A DNA stretch of 64,000 bases from Akkermansia sp. (GCA_045579245.1 JAZNLU010000044.1:1243-65242), one strand, 5' to 3'. Positions 1-10,360 are shown, counted from the first letter of the stretch. Notes: generated from the letters alone by a model not told the origin. Translations and numbers: made by a program.

Positions 1-469
1 GCGGGACTTCTGTGCGCGGGTGTGCCATATCCTGCCCCAGAGCGGGCTGCCACAGCTCCGGCGGGAGATAGAGCACCGGTATTTCCTCATGCAGGGAATT
101 GCGGGTATACCACCCCGCCGGCGGCGGGGTCAGCACCACATGCAGGATGACCTGATTAAAGGCGGGGTTGGCTCCGTGGCCGTGGTGTTCCCAATCCTGC
201 GGGTGCGGGTCTATCTCGATATCCCCACGGCGGCGTTCACCGTTGATTTCTATTTCTGCCCGCAGAAAATCAGGCCCGGTGCTTCGGTTCCACAGACCGC
301 CGTCCAGAATACGGACATGACCATGGTGGCAGGTTTCCCCTTCGTTACCCAGCAATCCGGCGGACCAGCAGGACTGCACCGCCATTTCATCCGGCAGCGC
401 GGGCGGGGCGCACTCCCCTGCCGAAAGCGGGTAGACCTCCGCAAGAAGCTGCCCGTACGCAGCCGCCAT
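1..469 (-). CDS. DUF2851-family protein, N-terminal part (gene runs off the left edge)
   Basis: It is absent from the ORF track because it has no in-window stop. Hand translation from the ATG (complement of 467-469) gives MAAAYGQLLAEVYPLS...GPDFLRAEIEINGERRRGDIEIDPHPQDWEHHGHGANPAFNQVILHVVL, open to position 2. The GPDF..G(D/N)xEI..DWxxHGH..NVILHVV pattern matches my memory of DUF2851. The + ORF 20..763 is its antisense shadow. Confidence 0.55.
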   Translation of the reverse strand, partial: MAAAYGQLLAEVYPLSAGECAPPALPDEMAVQSCWSAGLLGNEGETCHHGHVRILDGGLWNRSTGPDFLRAEIEINGERRRGDIEIDPHPQDWEHHGHGANPAFNQVILHVVLTPPPAGWYTRNSLHEEIPVLYLPPELWQPALGQDMAHPRTEVP

Positions 470-505
470 GGAACAACGCTTTTGCGGCATCTCAGGATAG
501 CAGCA

Positions 506-1048
506 TCAGTCAGCCTGCTCGGTCTGACGCATCAAATCTTCCTCCAGCGTTTCGCAGACGTAGCCGAATGTCTCACTGTTCTTATGACTCATGGAGCGCA
601 AGGTGTTGTGTGCCTCCAGCACGTGGCGCGTGCGCTCCAGTTCCGAAAGATTGCTCATGTCCGGGGTCTCATCCTCGGATTTTCGAGTGAGAGCGGCGCG
701 ACGCTCCGCCAGATCCGGCACCCAGAATGCACCGGGCGGGTCAATATCTATCAGCATGTCTAACCCCAGACTTTCCATGGCGGCGCGGGTACGCTGCGTG
801 GCAGATGCCACCTGCACGGAACCGCCGGCAGCCATGCACTTGCGGGCGAGCCCTGCCAGCGTCCCCATAAAGGTGGAATCCACACCCGGACAAAGTTCCA
901 GATCCACCACGATGGTGTCCCCGCCCGAAGCTAGATATTTATCCGCAACGGATTTGAGTACGGGGCTGTTCACAAAGCATCCGCGGCTCTCGCAGCGAAT
1001 CCAGAGGCAGTCATTGAACTGCTGGTGGGTCAGGGAAATATCAGACAT
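506..1048 (-). CDS. STAS-domain protein (anti-sigma-factor-antagonist-like)
   Basis: 180 aa with an ATG start. The stretch TIVVDLELCPGVDSTFMGTLAGLARK resembles the SpoIIAA/STAS core, followed by an acidic C-terminal tail. Confidence 0.5.
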   Translation of the reverse strand: MSDISLTHQQFNDCLWIRCESRGCFVNSPVLKSVADKYLASGGDTIVVDLELCPGVDSTFMGTLAGLARKCMAAGGSVQVASATQRTRAAMESLGLDMLIDIDPPGAFWVPDLAERRAALTRKSEDETPDMSNLSELERTRHVLEAHNTLRSMSHKNSETFGYVCETLEEDLMRQTEQAD

Positions 1049-1128
1049 AACGGATTAGTGCCATACTACCCGTTTTCCCGCTTCAAATCAAGAAAAAAGG
1101 AAATGGGAAACTCCGAAATTTGGAAAAA

Positions 1129-2028
1129 TCAGGATTCGGCATCGTTGTTTTTGCGGAAGAAGCCCCAATCTGCCACGCTGGGGAATGAGGGAAGCTCCAC
1201 CGTGCCCATTTTGGCACGCAGCATGAACCAGAGCTTGCGGAAATTGTTCACACTGTACCGACGCTCAAACACGCGGTACTCATCATCCTGCATCTTCTCC
1301 AGTATGGTGTGGTAGATGAGCTTCATAGCCTGCGCCGGGATGAGTGCGTTGCGATCCTCCACGGAAAGCGCCATGTACAGCTCTTCCGATTCGCAGAAGA
1401 ATTTTTCCGCCAGAGCCGCCTCGTATGCCAGGAGTTGGCGCATGCGGTAGGAATAGCGCTGCTCACGGATATCCTCGTGGGTCACACCGAAGAGTGCCAT
1501 GTCATCCGCCGGCAGGTAGAAGCGATTGTATTTGCGGCAGTCCTCTGCAATATCCCGCAGGATGTTTACCAGCTGGAGAGCATAGCCCAGCGCAACGGCA
1601 TAATCACGCGCCGCCGGTGAGGCGCCCATGACCGTGGCGCTGGTAATGCCGACGCAGGCCGCCACCTTGTAGGCGTATGCCAGCAATTCCTCGCGCGTTT
1701 TGGGCTGCACGGGGGCAATGTCCCCACGGCATCCGGCTATCAGCTCCAGCATGGGCGCGGTATCAAGCTGCAGCTCCAGCACCATGCTGTGCACCTCATG
1801 CTCAATCCCGGGAGTCGGTTCAGCACGATTGGTGACGATATCCGCCCAGCGGTCCAGAGCAGCGTGGCGCTCCTCCGGGCTCATGCCGGGTTCGTCAACA
1901 ATATCATCAACAATGCGACAGAACGCATAAAACTGCGCCATGTGTATGCGGGTTTGCTCCGGCAAATCCATGAGCGTGAATGCCAGATTGGATTTGGCGT
2001 TGCGGGTGATGGTATCAGATTCAGCCAT
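1129..2028 (-). CDS. Squalene/phytoene synthase family protein (HpnD/CrtB-like)
   Basis: 299 aa. It carries the two Asp-rich motifs of the family: FYAFCRIVDDIVDE and NILRDIAEDCRKYNRFYLP. Confidence 0.75.
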   Translation of the reverse strand: MAESDTITRNAKSNLAFTLMDLPEQTRIHMAQFYAFCRIVDDIVDEPGMSPEERHAALDRWADIVTNRAEPTPGIEHEVHSMVLELQLDTAPMLELIAGCRGDIAPVQPKTREELLAYAYKVAACVGITSATVMGASPAARDYAVALGYALQLVNILRDIAEDCRKYNRFYLPADDMALFGVTHEDIREQRYSYRMRQLLAYEAALAEKFFCESEELYMALSVEDRNALIPAQAMKLIYHTILEKMQDDEYRVFERRYSVNNFRKLWFMLRAKMGTVELPSFPSVADWGFFRKNNDAES

Positions 2029-2057
2029 GAGATGAAGAGAGAGTTTTCAAGTGATGA

Positions 2058-3293
2058 TTATTCAATAAGTCCCCAGTGCTCCGTGAACGGCCAAAGGGTA
2101 AAGCCGGCAGGGCCTACGAGGTTGAACTGGCGCACGGGTCCCCAGTAGCGGGAGTCCAGAGAGTTGGTGGTGTTATCACCCAGAGCGGCGTATTCACGCA
2201 GGATGGGTGAGGAAGAAGGATTACGCAGCGACATGGGGGACAAATCCGTGAGCCATGCACCGGGCTGCAGGGTGGAAGAGAGCTGCTGGTAGCCCTCGCG
2301 ATTAAACGGCGGTTTTCCGCCCGCTACGCGGGCAATGGTCTTTTCCTGTGCAGGCTGACCGTTCACCAGTAAGAGCGGAGACTGTACATACAGCGTATCA
2401 CCGGGCAGACCGCAAAGACGTTTGATGTAATGTGTTGCATCCGACTGGTCTGCCAAACGGGCGGCTCCTGCACTGGTCATGGAAGTATTGATACCGCGGG
2501 TATCAAACACAAAGGTTTCACCGCGTACCGGTTTGCGGAAATGGTAGGCAACACGGTTCACCACCACCATATCCCCGGCATCCACGCGGGCGCGGATAAT
2601 CAGCTCACCGGGCTTGTAGGCACCCATGTGCAGCCCCATGATACTCTCCACCGCTTTTCCCCGCTCTTTCAGATACTGCATCACTGTTCCGCGGGCGGAA
2701 GGTACAGTCACCGTGGAACCGTCATCAAAGGTCAGCACTGTCTCGGTAAACAGAATCCACTTGCTATGTTCCTTGATGGAAATAATCCGCTTGGCTCGAT
2801 CGGCAACAGCCTCCACATAGGAAGCACCGCGGGTCACTTTTTCCAACAGACGCTGCGGCAGCGCCGGAATCTCATCCACGTGGTGTACGATAATCCCGTT
2901 GAGACTGGGCTGCATGGAACCGGTCGGAATGCGGAACGGCTGGGCGTAGTAGGTACGAATTCCCAGGAACACCACCATGATGATGAAAAATGACTCTACC
3001 ATCTCCACGATGGCTCCGCGGCTGAACCCCGGCATCACGGAACACTGCAAATCCGAGCGCTTGGTAATTCGAATAGTCTCTTCCCTATCCCATGCCAGCA
3101 ATGCAGCTTTCAGTTCCGCGAGACGCGTCTCACAAATTTCCAACTCATCCGCTGAGAGCTTATGGCGATGCATGTTCACATAGCGCTGAATGGATTGCGC
3201 CATATCGTAGCCCTGCCGACGCCACAAGGGCGTAAACCATGCGAGCCACGAATCCAGAAAACGATACAGGATTTTCTTGAGAAATGATATCAT
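2058..3293 (-). CDS. lepB: Signal peptidase I
   Basis: S26 boxes are present: IPTGSMQPSL (Ser nucleophile), YIKRLCGLPGD (Lys) and LGDNTTNSLDSRYWGPV. There is an N-terminal TM region. Confidence 0.85.
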   Translation of the reverse strand: MISFLKKILYRFLDSWLAWFTPLWRRQGYDMAQSIQRYVNMHRHKLSADELEICETRLAELKAALLAWDREETIRITKRSDLQCSVMPGFSRGAIVEMVESFFIIMVVFLGIRTYYAQPFRIPTGSMQPSLNGIIVHHVDEIPALPQRLLEKVTRGASYVEAVADRAKRIISIKEHSKWILFTETVLTFDDGSTVTVPSARGTVMQYLKERGKAVESIMGLHMGAYKPGELIIRARVDAGDMVVVNRVAYHFRKPVRGETFVFDTRGINTSMTSAGAARLADQSDATHYIKRLCGLPGDTLYVQSPLLLVNGQPAQEKTIARVAGGKPPFNREGYQQLSSTLQPGAWLTDLSPMSLRNPSSSPILREYAALGDNTTNSLDSRYWGPVRQFNLVGPAGFTLWPFTEHWGLIE

Positions 3294-3357
3294 GTACGCT
3301 GTCTATTCTACACGTTTGCAGCGTGAAGAAAAGTACAAAGTGTGCCCAATTGCGGAA

Positions 3358-4245
3358 TCAGCGTACTTTCTGAGTCTCTGAAACCGCAGGAGGCAGCACT
3401 TTTTCTTCCTGAGATTCGCCCCCCACCTCCAAGCCGCAGAGAATCAATCCGAACATGACAATACCGGCGGCGATGCGATACCAGCCGAATATGGAAAGGC
3501 TGTGTTTGTTGAGATACCCCACCATCCAACGCACGGCTACAATAGAGCTTGCCCACGCCATGACCGACCCGGCAATGATAGCCTCCCAGCCAATTGTCTC
3601 CACCATGTCACCGCCGAATTTCCAGGCATCATGCACCGTGGCGGCTCCCAGCGTAATGAGTCCCAAAAGGAAACTGAACTCCACCGCTGCTGCCACACTC
3701 AGTCCAACGGTCAGACCGCCCAACATCGTCATCAGGCTGCGACTCGTCCCCGGTATCATGGCTATACACTGCATAAAGCCGACTCCGAGAGCGCCTTTCC
3801 ACGTCAGTTCGGAAAGCTCCTTCCCCTCAAATCCCTTACCTTTTTTCTTCTGATGGCGGACATAGAGCAGGATGGCGATACCGCCCACCACCCACATCAC
3901 CATGACCGTGGTGGCATTAAACAGGTATCCCTTAATGTAGTTTGAGCAAAGCAACCCAATAACCATGGCAGGAACAAACCCCGCAAGCATGTTAATCATC
4001 ATCCGCACTCCGGCGGGATTCTTTCCCATCAAACCACGCCACATCTCTTTGACCCGCTGGAAATACAATCCCATCACAGCCAGAATAGCGCCCCCCTGGA
4101 CACAGATTTCAAACGCGTGCATGGCATCCGACTCCGGCAAGCCTAACAGGTACTGTGTAATAATCAGATGCCCAGTCGAACTCACCGGCAAATACTCCGT
4201 GAGTCCTTCCACCAGCCCGAGAATGAGTGCTTCCAATATAGTCAT
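3358..4245 (-). CDS. uppP: Undecaprenyl-diphosphate phosphatase (BacA/UppP)
   Basis: The N-terminus MTILEALILGLVEGLTEYLPVSSTGHLII is the BacA signature. The protein is polytopic, 295 aa. Confidence 0.9.
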   Translation of the reverse strand: MTILEALILGLVEGLTEYLPVSSTGHLIITQYLLGLPESDAMHAFEICVQGGAILAVMGLYFQRVKEMWRGLMGKNPAGVRMMINMLAGFVPAMVIGLLCSNYIKGYLFNATTVMVMWVVGGIAILLYVRHQKKKGKGFEGKELSELTWKGALGVGFMQCIAMIPGTSRSLMTMLGGLTVGLSVAAAVEFSFLLGLITLGAATVHDAWKFGGDMVETIGWEAIIAGSVMAWASSIVAVRWMVGYLNKHSLSIFGWYRIAAGIVMFGLILCGLEVGGESQEEKVLPPAVSETQKVR

Positions 4246-4400
4246 TGCGGAAACTAGTACCCTATTTCTCCCAAAAGGTCAATCTTAAACACCAAAAATG
4301 TATGCCAGCCGCCGCGAATGCGGAAAAAAAAGGTTGAAGAGAGCCGCAAAAAGTGCTATGTATAGTGTCGGTATTCTGCACATACCAACTCTGAGTGTTT

Positions 4401-5132
4401 ATGAAAAAAGTTTTTGTCCGACAGCGTAAGGGTTTTACCATGGTAGAACTTCTGGTTGTGATAGCCATCATGGGAATCCTGATGAGCATGGCCGCAGGTG
4501 TTCTCCGAGAGGGGGGCAAGGGGAGAGGCATTGATTCCGGCATGGATATGCTGGAAAACCTCGTACGGGAAGCCCGAGCCACGGCTCAGGGGAATGACAC
4601 CTACACGCGAGTCATCATCGTCAATGACCCCCGCAACACCTCTGCCGACTCCCGGCACCTGCGTTTCATGACGGTACAGATGCTTAGCAAGGAAGACGCT
4701 CAATACGATGGTTCTGATGTCCGCAAGGAAGGGCGCTGGGTTTCCACCTCCTCCGGTGTCATGCTGCCGCCCGGAGTCTTTTTCAGTCCCCATTACAGCA
4801 AACCTCTGGAATGGGCTGATGGTGCTTCCGGCACCATGATAGGTCAGACCAACGCACGAATTTCCAACAGGGGGACTTCCCGCGTATACTACGTGGAATT
4901 TGACGAAAAAGGACGCTTCGTTGCCCCCTCTGCGGATCCGCTTACCACCACTCGTCCGCAGCGGCTCGTCCTTATCTCCGGCCGCATGGGACGCGGCAGG
5001 AATGCGCACGATGGTATCATTCCCGGAGAATTGGACTCTAAGAGACGTCCGGTAGGAGCCAAGGGCATTGTACTCTGGCCCAATGGTGATACCAGTCACC
5101 TGCACACAACAGATCAGACCATAGGTCGCTGA
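4401..5132 (+). CDS. Prepilin-type N-terminal cleavage/methylation domain protein (pseudopilin-like)
   Basis: KGFTMVELLVVIAIMGILMSM is a class III signal peptide motif (G/FT..E + hydrophobic helix). I prefer the ATG at 4401 over the GTG at 4395 listed in the track. Confidence 0.7.
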   Translation: MKKVFVRQRKGFTMVELLVVIAIMGILMSMAAGVLREGGKGRGIDSGMDMLENLVREARATAQGNDTYTRVIIVNDPRNTSADSRHLRFMTVQMLSKEDAQYDGSDVRKEGRWVSTSSGVMLPPGVFFSPHYSKPLEWADGASGTMIGQTNARISNRGTSRVYYVEFDEKGRFVAPSADPLTTTRPQRLVLISGRMGRGRNAHDGIIPGELDSKRRPVGAKGIVLWPNGDTSHLHTTDQTIGR

Positions 5133-5160
5133 CTTATTCCTCCGACAACCATTTCCCCAT

Positions 5161-5910
5161 ATGAAACTGCTTAACAAGAAACACCGCAGCGGTGGCTTCA
5201 CCCTCATGGAAACACTCTTGGCCATTGGTTTGGTCGGCGTGCTTCTTTCCATGTTCCTGACCGTATTCGTACCCGCCCGCGGTCTGGTACATCAGGCTCT
5301 CAATCGCCAAGAAGCCGAGCGCATTGCCGGCATTCTCCGTGCAGAGATGTCAGTCATACGCCCTGACGAACAAGCGGGTGAGGGAGCCACCTCTGCCTCA
5401 GACAACCAATTCCTCAGCCCGTTTGACAAGGGCTTTTTCTGGTTGCAGCATTCCCGCACACCGGCTAATGCCATTGTGGTCTATTCCTACCGCGCGGACA
5501 CCACCAAATCCCAGAGAGCAGACGGCACCTACCCGACAGTGCCGGCATCCCGCAACACACCCGGTCAGGGCAATCAACTTGTCTCCATCGCCTGTCCCCT
5601 AAACGACCCCCTTCACAAAGACCAAATCAAGGATGCCGTCGGTCCCGTATTTCTGGTCAAAATGACCCAGATTGTTGATGCCGGCAACGGCAAATATGAG
5701 TTGGCCGGCAATCCCGGCACTATCAACGGAGCAAGTTCCCCGGATAAATACGTGTCTTCCCCGGATGACAAGAATCCGTGGGGCGGCGTAGTGATATACC
5801 GCGCAGACTTCTACCTCATGTCGCCACCCAATCCGGCACGTTACAAGGGAAAATCCTGGAAGCGACTCGGGCGTCCGATGTTCTCCGTCAATCTTTCTTT
5901 CCGCCGCTAA
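5161..5910 (+). CDS. Prepilin-type N-terminal cleavage/methylation domain protein
   Basis: GGFTLMETLLAIGLVGVLLSMF lies near the N-terminus. It follows the previous pseudopilin gene after a 28-nt gap. Confidence 0.65.
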   Translation: MKLLNKKHRSGGFTLMETLLAIGLVGVLLSMFLTVFVPARGLVHQALNRQEAERIAGILRAEMSVIRPDEQAGEGATSASDNQFLSPFDKGFFWLQHSRTPANAIVVYSYRADTTKSQRADGTYPTVPASRNTPGQGNQLVSIACPLNDPLHKDQIKDAVGPVFLVKMTQIVDAGNGKYELAGNPGTINGASSPDKYVSSPDDKNPWGGVVIYRADFYLMSPPNPARYKGKSWKRLGRPMFSVNLSFRR

Positions 5911-5938
5911 CCCCATTTTCACCATACTCTGAGTTAAT

Positions 5939-6919
5939 ATGAACATCAGCAAACACAATCTTCGCGGTGGTTTCACTCTCATTGAACTGATAGTGGCCAT
6001 GGCCATAACAGCCATTCTTGTGCTGGTTATCGGGCAGCTCACCCGGCAGGGCGTTGACCTCTGGAAAACCGTCCGCCAGGATGTCAACACCACCTCGCAT
6101 TCCCGCTCTGCCCTGCAAGTCATAGCCCATGATTTTGAGGCATTCCAGATGCGCGGTAATAATAAATATCAGTGGATGTTTGCCGAGGCAGACAAAATCC
6201 CGGACAATGCCCCCAAGAGCCTCAAGATTCCGCGTTCCGTCAAGTGTGCTTTCTTTGCGTGTGCACCGGATCGGAATCCGGCAGTCAGTTCCTCATCCTC
6301 ACTCCGCGGCAACTACCGTGAGGCTCGCTCACACAATCAGGAAACGCAGGGAGATGTCAACACCATCTCATACCGACTCCTCTTCCGAGACCAGATTCTG
6401 AACCTGCCCGCCAGCAATGACAAGAACGACACCAGCAGCTATCCGCTCTTCTCACTGTACCGCCAGGTAATCCCCCCGCGAGAGACTTTCGAAAAGCTCC
6501 TGGGTAAAGAGAACCTGAAAGGCGCCTACGCCTCTTACGAATCCAACGAGGAGGAGAATTTCCTGTGTGCAAACATCGTGGAAATGAACCTTATCCTCAA
6601 CATTCAATACACAGATAACAACGCAGATGCCACCCGGGGGCGCGTCTCATACAAGAGCATCTCAGTTCCCGTGATTTCCTCCTACAGCAGAGGCAGTTCC
6701 GTTGCCGTATACGGAGACCGTATCGAAGTAGATGGCTCAAGCTATAAAAATGCCCACATCATCTCGGCCAATATCAGCCTTACCGTACTCACTGATGAGG
6801 GCATGGCGTTGATTAACCAAATCCGACTCGGGCGTAGAAAAGCCCCCAAACCGGCGGACTTCTTTGCCCGGTACACGCGCTCATTCTCCCGCATGGTGGC
6901 TCTGCCCCAGCCTATCTGA
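5939..6919 (+). CDS. Prepilin-type N-terminal cleavage/methylation domain protein
   Basis: GGFTLIELIVAMAITAILVLVIGQL is a canonical prepilin motif. This is the third gene of the same-strand cluster. Confidence 0.7.
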   Translation: MNISKHNLRGGFTLIELIVAMAITAILVLVIGQLTRQGVDLWKTVRQDVNTTSHSRSALQVIAHDFEAFQMRGNNKYQWMFAEADKIPDNAPKSLKIPRSVKCAFFACAPDRNPAVSSSSSLRGNYREARSHNQETQGDVNTISYRLLFRDQILNLPASNDKNDTSSYPLFSLYRQVIPPRETFEKLLGKENLKGAYASYESNEEENFLCANIVEMNLILNIQYTDNNADATRGRVSYKSISVPVISSYSRGSSVAVYGDRIEVDGSSYKNAHIISANISLTVLTDEGMALINQIRLGRRKAPKPADFFARYTRSFSRMVALPQPI

Positions 6920-6935
6920 CGCACGTTCTCCGCCC

Positions 6936-7670
6936 ATGTTCACGCAGGACAATCAGGATGCAGTGCGGCATCTGCCCCGGCAGGTACATCTTTGGCTTGA
7001 CCCCCTGCCCCGGCGGGGCTACGCCAACATGGCGGCAGATGAGCTGCTCTCCCGCCGCCCGGAGTGTTGGCTGCGCATTTACGACTGGGCGCTGCCCGCC
7101 GTCAGCTTCGGCTACTTTGATACCGCCACGGAAGCCGCAGCCATCTTTCCCGGTGCCCGGGAATACATTCGCCGCTGGACAGGCGGAGGCATTGTTGACC
7201 ACCGCAAGGGCTATACTTACACGGTCACGCTTCCCGCAGTGGAGGGGGTCATGTACCCCACGGCAGAACAACTCTACATCTGGATTCACAGTGCACTCGC
7301 CAAAGCTCTTGCCGGCAGCGGTGTGGAATGCACCCTGCTTACGGAGGATGCACCGGACGGCGGGAGGGCCTGCTGGGCAAGCCCCGTGAAAAGTGATATT
7401 GTGGATGCTGCAGGGCACAAGCTTGCCGGAGCCGGTCAGCGCCGGTACAAAGGTGCGGTGCTTCACCAAGGACTGGTGCAGGAATGCGAGCCCGCTGATG
7501 GCTGGCAGCTTCTGCTGGCCCGAGCACTCGCCCCGGAAGTTACCGTTGTGAAAGGCAACGAACCCTACCCCGGTTTCACAGATGAACTGGAAAACCTCTG
7601 CCAAACTAAATACGAAACCGCAGAGTGGAATGATGAATCCCGCGGACGGCGCAAGCCCTCCCACCACTAA
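6936..7670 (+). CDS. Lipoate-protein ligase / octanoyltransferase family protein (BPL_LplA_LipB domain)
   Basis: Family-typical stretches: LRIYDWALPAVSFGYF, RRWTGGGIVDHRKGYTYTV, KLAGAGQRRYKGAVLHQGLV. I use the ATG at 6936, which avoids overlap with the upstream gene ending at 6919; the track start is 6864. Confidence 0.7.
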   Translation: MFTQDNQDAVRHLPRQVHLWLDPLPRRGYANMAADELLSRRPECWLRIYDWALPAVSFGYFDTATEAAAIFPGAREYIRRWTGGGIVDHRKGYTYTVTLPAVEGVMYPTAEQLYIWIHSALAKALAGSGVECTLLTEDAPDGGRACWASPVKSDIVDAAGHKLAGAGQRRYKGAVLHQGLVQECEPADGWQLLLARALAPEVTVVKGNEPYPGFTDELENLCQTKYETAEWNDESRGRRKPSHH

Positions 7671-7684
7671 ATCAGTTCAACAAA

Positions 7685-7710
7685 AAGGGCATCCTCAAGC
7701 GGATGCCCTT
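7685..7710. terminator. Bidirectional hairpin between convergent genes
   Basis: AAGGGCATCC-tcaagc-GGATGCCCTT forms a 10-bp perfect stem, flanked by an A-run on the left and T-rich sequence on the right. Confidence 0.55.
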
Positions 7711-7741
7711 TCCCTGTTTGGAAAAAAACAGAAATAAACAA

Positions 7742-8320
7742 TCACAGTCTGGCCACAGCCGAGAGGATGGCAGCGGGATAAAGGATATGCTCCTGCACCT
7801 GAATGCGGGCGTGCAGAGACTTTGCCGTATCCCCCGGCAGCACCGGCACATGTGCCTGCATGATAATCTCTCCGGTATCCATGCCGGCATCTACGTAATG
7901 TACGGTGCAGCCGGTAGTCGTTGCCCCGGCCTCCAAAGCCTGTTTCCATGCTTCCACCCCCGGAAATGCCGGCAGCAGGGCGGGATGGATGTTCAGAATG
8001 CGATTCGGGAATGCCTTGAGCAGCGGTTCTTTCACCAATCGCATGAATCCGGCCAGGCATACCATATCCACCTTCAGCTCCTGCAACAGTGCGGCAAGCG
8101 CCTCCTGACACTCCAGCGGAAACTTATTCTTATAACCACCGCAATCCATCACCTCCGCACGTACCCCGCGCTGCCGGGCACGCTCCAGAATATAGGCATC
8201 TGCATGGTCGGAGAGGACGATGACCACCTCAGCATCCAGCCGACCGTCATCAATGGCGTTGAATATGGACTGACAGTTGCTGCCCGACCCTGACCCAAGT
8301 ACTGCAAGACGAAGACTCAT
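7742..8320 (-). CDS. purN: Phosphoribosylglycinamide formyltransferase
   Basis: MSLRLAVLGSGSGSNCQSI and NIHPALLPAFPG are PurN signatures. I prefer the ATG at 8320 to the GTG at 8329. Confidence 0.9.
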   Translation of the reverse strand: MSLRLAVLGSGSGSNCQSIFNAIDDGRLDAEVVIVLSDHADAYILERARQRGVRAEVMDCGGYKNKFPLECQEALAALLQELKVDMVCLAGFMRLVKEPLLKAFPNRILNIHPALLPAFPGVEAWKQALEAGATTTGCTVHYVDAGMDTGEIIMQAHVPVLPGDTAKSLHARIQVQEHILYPAAILSAVARL

Positions 8321-8417
8321 AACAGCCACAATCTACAGCATACCCTTGCTTTTGTCAAACCGATTATGATGTTCAACGGCGCAGTGGAGAAAATACAGCG
8401 AACCCCTGAAGCGACTC

Positions 8418-9854
8418 ATGACTGTTTTTACTCACGGAGTCGGCAAGTTGGTATCACAAGCTGTGAATATGAAAATGTTTTCTGACACAGAAACGACGGA
8501 CATGTTCGGAGCGCTTGATATGGCAAAGCCTATGCCGACGGATACTATACCGGAGCTGCCGATGCGCCCGGCAGATGCGCTTGAACTGATTAAGGAAGAA
8601 TTGATGCTGGATGGAAATGCGCGACAGAATCTGGCAACTTTCTGTCAAACCTGGGCAGATCCGCAGGTTCACAGACTCATGGATTTGTGCATCAGCAAGA
8701 ACATGATTGACAAAGATGAGTACCCCCAGTGTGCCGAAATTGAACAACGCTGCGTGCGCATGATAGCCGCTCTCTGGAACGCCCCCAAACCTGCGGATTC
8801 CATCGGCTGCTCTACCATCGGCTCCAGTGAGGCATGCATGCTCGGCGGTCTTGCGGCATTGCACCGCTGGCGCGCCCGCCGGAAAGCTGCCGGGAAACCT
8901 GCGGAGCGCCCCAATCTGGTCTGTGGTCCGGTGCAGATATGCTGGCACAAATTCTGCCGTTACTGGGATGTAGAGCTGCGTGAGGTGCCCATGGCAGAGG
9001 GGCGTTTCTGCATGGATGCTGAAGAAATGCTCAAGAGGGTAGATGAAAACACCATCTGCGTTGTCCCCACATTCGGTGTCACCTACACCGGGCTCTATGA
9101 ATTCCCGGAAAACATTTGCCGCGCACTGGACAAACTGGCGGAATCCGGCGGTCCGGATGTAGACGTGCATGTAGACGGAGCCAGCGGAGCTTTTCTGGCA
9201 CCGTTCTGTGCACCGCACATCAAGTTTGATTTCCGTCTGGAGCGCATCAAATCCATCAGCTCCAGCGGCCACAAATACGGTCTGGCCCCGCTCGGCTGTG
9301 GCTGGGTCATCTGGAGGCACAGGAATGACATGCCCTCCGAACTCTGTTTTGAGGTAAATTATCTGGGTGGCAGCGTACCCACCATCGCGCTGAATTTTTC
9401 CCGCCCGGCGGGCCAGGTCATTGCCCAATACTACAACTTGGTGCGCCTGGGAATGCAGGGATACCGCCGCATCCATGAGGCCGCTTATGATGTGGCAGCC
9501 TATCTGGCTAAAGAACTCAACAAAATGGGAGGCTTTGAGTTCATCTGCACAGGTTCACCCAAGAGCGGAATCCCGGCAGTGTGTTTTCGCATGAAGCCGG
9601 ATTTTCACCCCGGCTTCAACCTCTATGAACTCTCTGACCGCCTGCGCACACGCGGCTGGTTGGTACCGGCTTTCAGCCTGCCCCGCCCGGTAGAACACAT
9701 AGTAGTCATGCGTGTGATGGTTCGCCGTGGTTTCACCATGGATATGGCTACCCTGTTGCTGAAAGATATGCAGCGCAGCATGGATTTTCTGGCGCATCAC
9801 TCACCGGCACAGCACCTCGAGGAACGTGAAGCCATGAGCTTCAAACACACCTGA
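8418..9854 (+). CDS. Glutamate decarboxylase (PLP-dependent)
   Basis: [16 protein letters not shown] and the [23 protein letters not shown]-lysine box are close to E. coli GadA/B as I remember it. The start could instead be the internal ATG at 8469 (MKMFSD...). Confidence 0.9.
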   Translation: MTVFTHGVGKLVSQAVNMKMFSDTETTDMFGALDMAKPMPTDTIPELPMRPADALELIKEELMLDGNARQNLATFCQTWADPQVHRLMDLCISKNMIDKDEYPQCAEIEQRCVRMIAALWNAPKPADSIGCSTIGSSEACMLGGLAALHRWRARRKAAGKPAERPNLVCGPVQICWHKFCRYWDVELREVPMAEGRFCMDAEEMLKRVDENTICVVPTFGVTYTGLYEFPENICRALDKLAESGGPDVDVHVDGASGAFLAPFCAPHIKFDFRLERIKSISSSGHKYGLAPLGCGWVIWRHRNDMPSELCFEVNYLGGSVPTIALNFSRPAGQVIAQYYNLVRLGMQGYRRIHEAAYDVAAYLAKELNKMGGFEFICTGSPKSGIPAVCFRMKPDFHPGFNLYELSDRLRTRGWLVPAFSLPRPVEHIVVMRVMVRRGFTMDMATLLLKDMQRSMDFLAHHSPAQHLEEREAMSFKHT

Positions 9855-9885
9855 TGCCACGCGGCCCAAGAGCCGTGCGCCGGAG

Positions 9886-9956
9886 CAGCCCGCTCTGCTG
9901 AACCGGGGGAAACTGTGGTCTTCTTTCCCCAAGCAGCTGCGGGCTGATTTTTTCAA
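9886..9956 (+). terminator. Rho-independent terminator candidate after the glutamate decarboxylase gene
   Basis: This is an extended hairpin. The outer stem is CAGCCCGC (9886-9893)/GCGGGCTG (9939-9946), with inner helices CTGCT/AGCAG and GGGGAAA/TTTCCCC. It is followed by ATTTTTTC. Confidence 0.5.
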
Positions 9957-10033
9957 ATTTTCATAATCCAATATCAGCTGCCGATTTCTTCAGTTGATTC
10001 AGGTATTTGCAGGATTCTTAAATTTAGAGATAA

Positions 10034-10360
10034 TCAATTCCATTTTGGGGATTTTAAATTTTTATTATTGTTGCCTCGGTGACATCTTCTTCCCCGGCGC
10101 GTTTTTACGGGCTTTTGTGCGGCAAATTCTGCAAGTATCTTACCAGGCGCATAAGGACATTCTTCCATGCGAGCAAAAATTTTTCTGCGTTCATCCAAGG
10201 CAGCCGCAAGTGACTTCTGTGCACCGCCATACTCCTTATCACCAAAATAGCGAACGTAATTCACATGGTAACGACATATCGCCAGTCTCCACCCCTGAAA
10301 ACCTGCGTATTCGTAAGTGTAGCGTGTGATATTTCTGATGGGGTTTCTACGTATGGTCAT
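10034..10360 (-). CDS. Small basic protein, possibly an AP2-like DNA-binding domain
   Basis: 108 aa in an AT-rich islet. GFQGWRLAICRYHVNYVRYFGDKEYGGAQKSLAAALDERRKI resembles bacterial AP2/integrase-type DNA-binding domains (GW+basic strand..F....GG...AL..A...R). The function call is weak. Confidence 0.4.
   Translation of the reverse strand: MTIRRNPIRNITRYTYEYAGFQGWRLAICRYHVNYVRYFGDKEYGGAQKSLAAALDERRKIFARMEECPYAPGKILAEFAAQKPVKTRRGRRCHRGNNNKNLKSPKWN

Noticed and set aside
20-763. A 247-aa + strand ORF at the left edge
   Set aside because: It is antisense to two better-supported minus-strand genes (DUF2851 at 1..469 and the STAS protein at 506..1048). Its composition is Arg/Gly/His-rich with no motif, which is typical of a high-GC shadow ORF.
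6864-6935. The upstream extension of the lipoate-ligase-family ORF
   Set aside because: It would overlap the preceding pseudopilin gene by 56 nt, and the extension (MPGTRAHSPAWWLCPSLSDARSPP) looks non-coding. I prefer the ATG at 6936.
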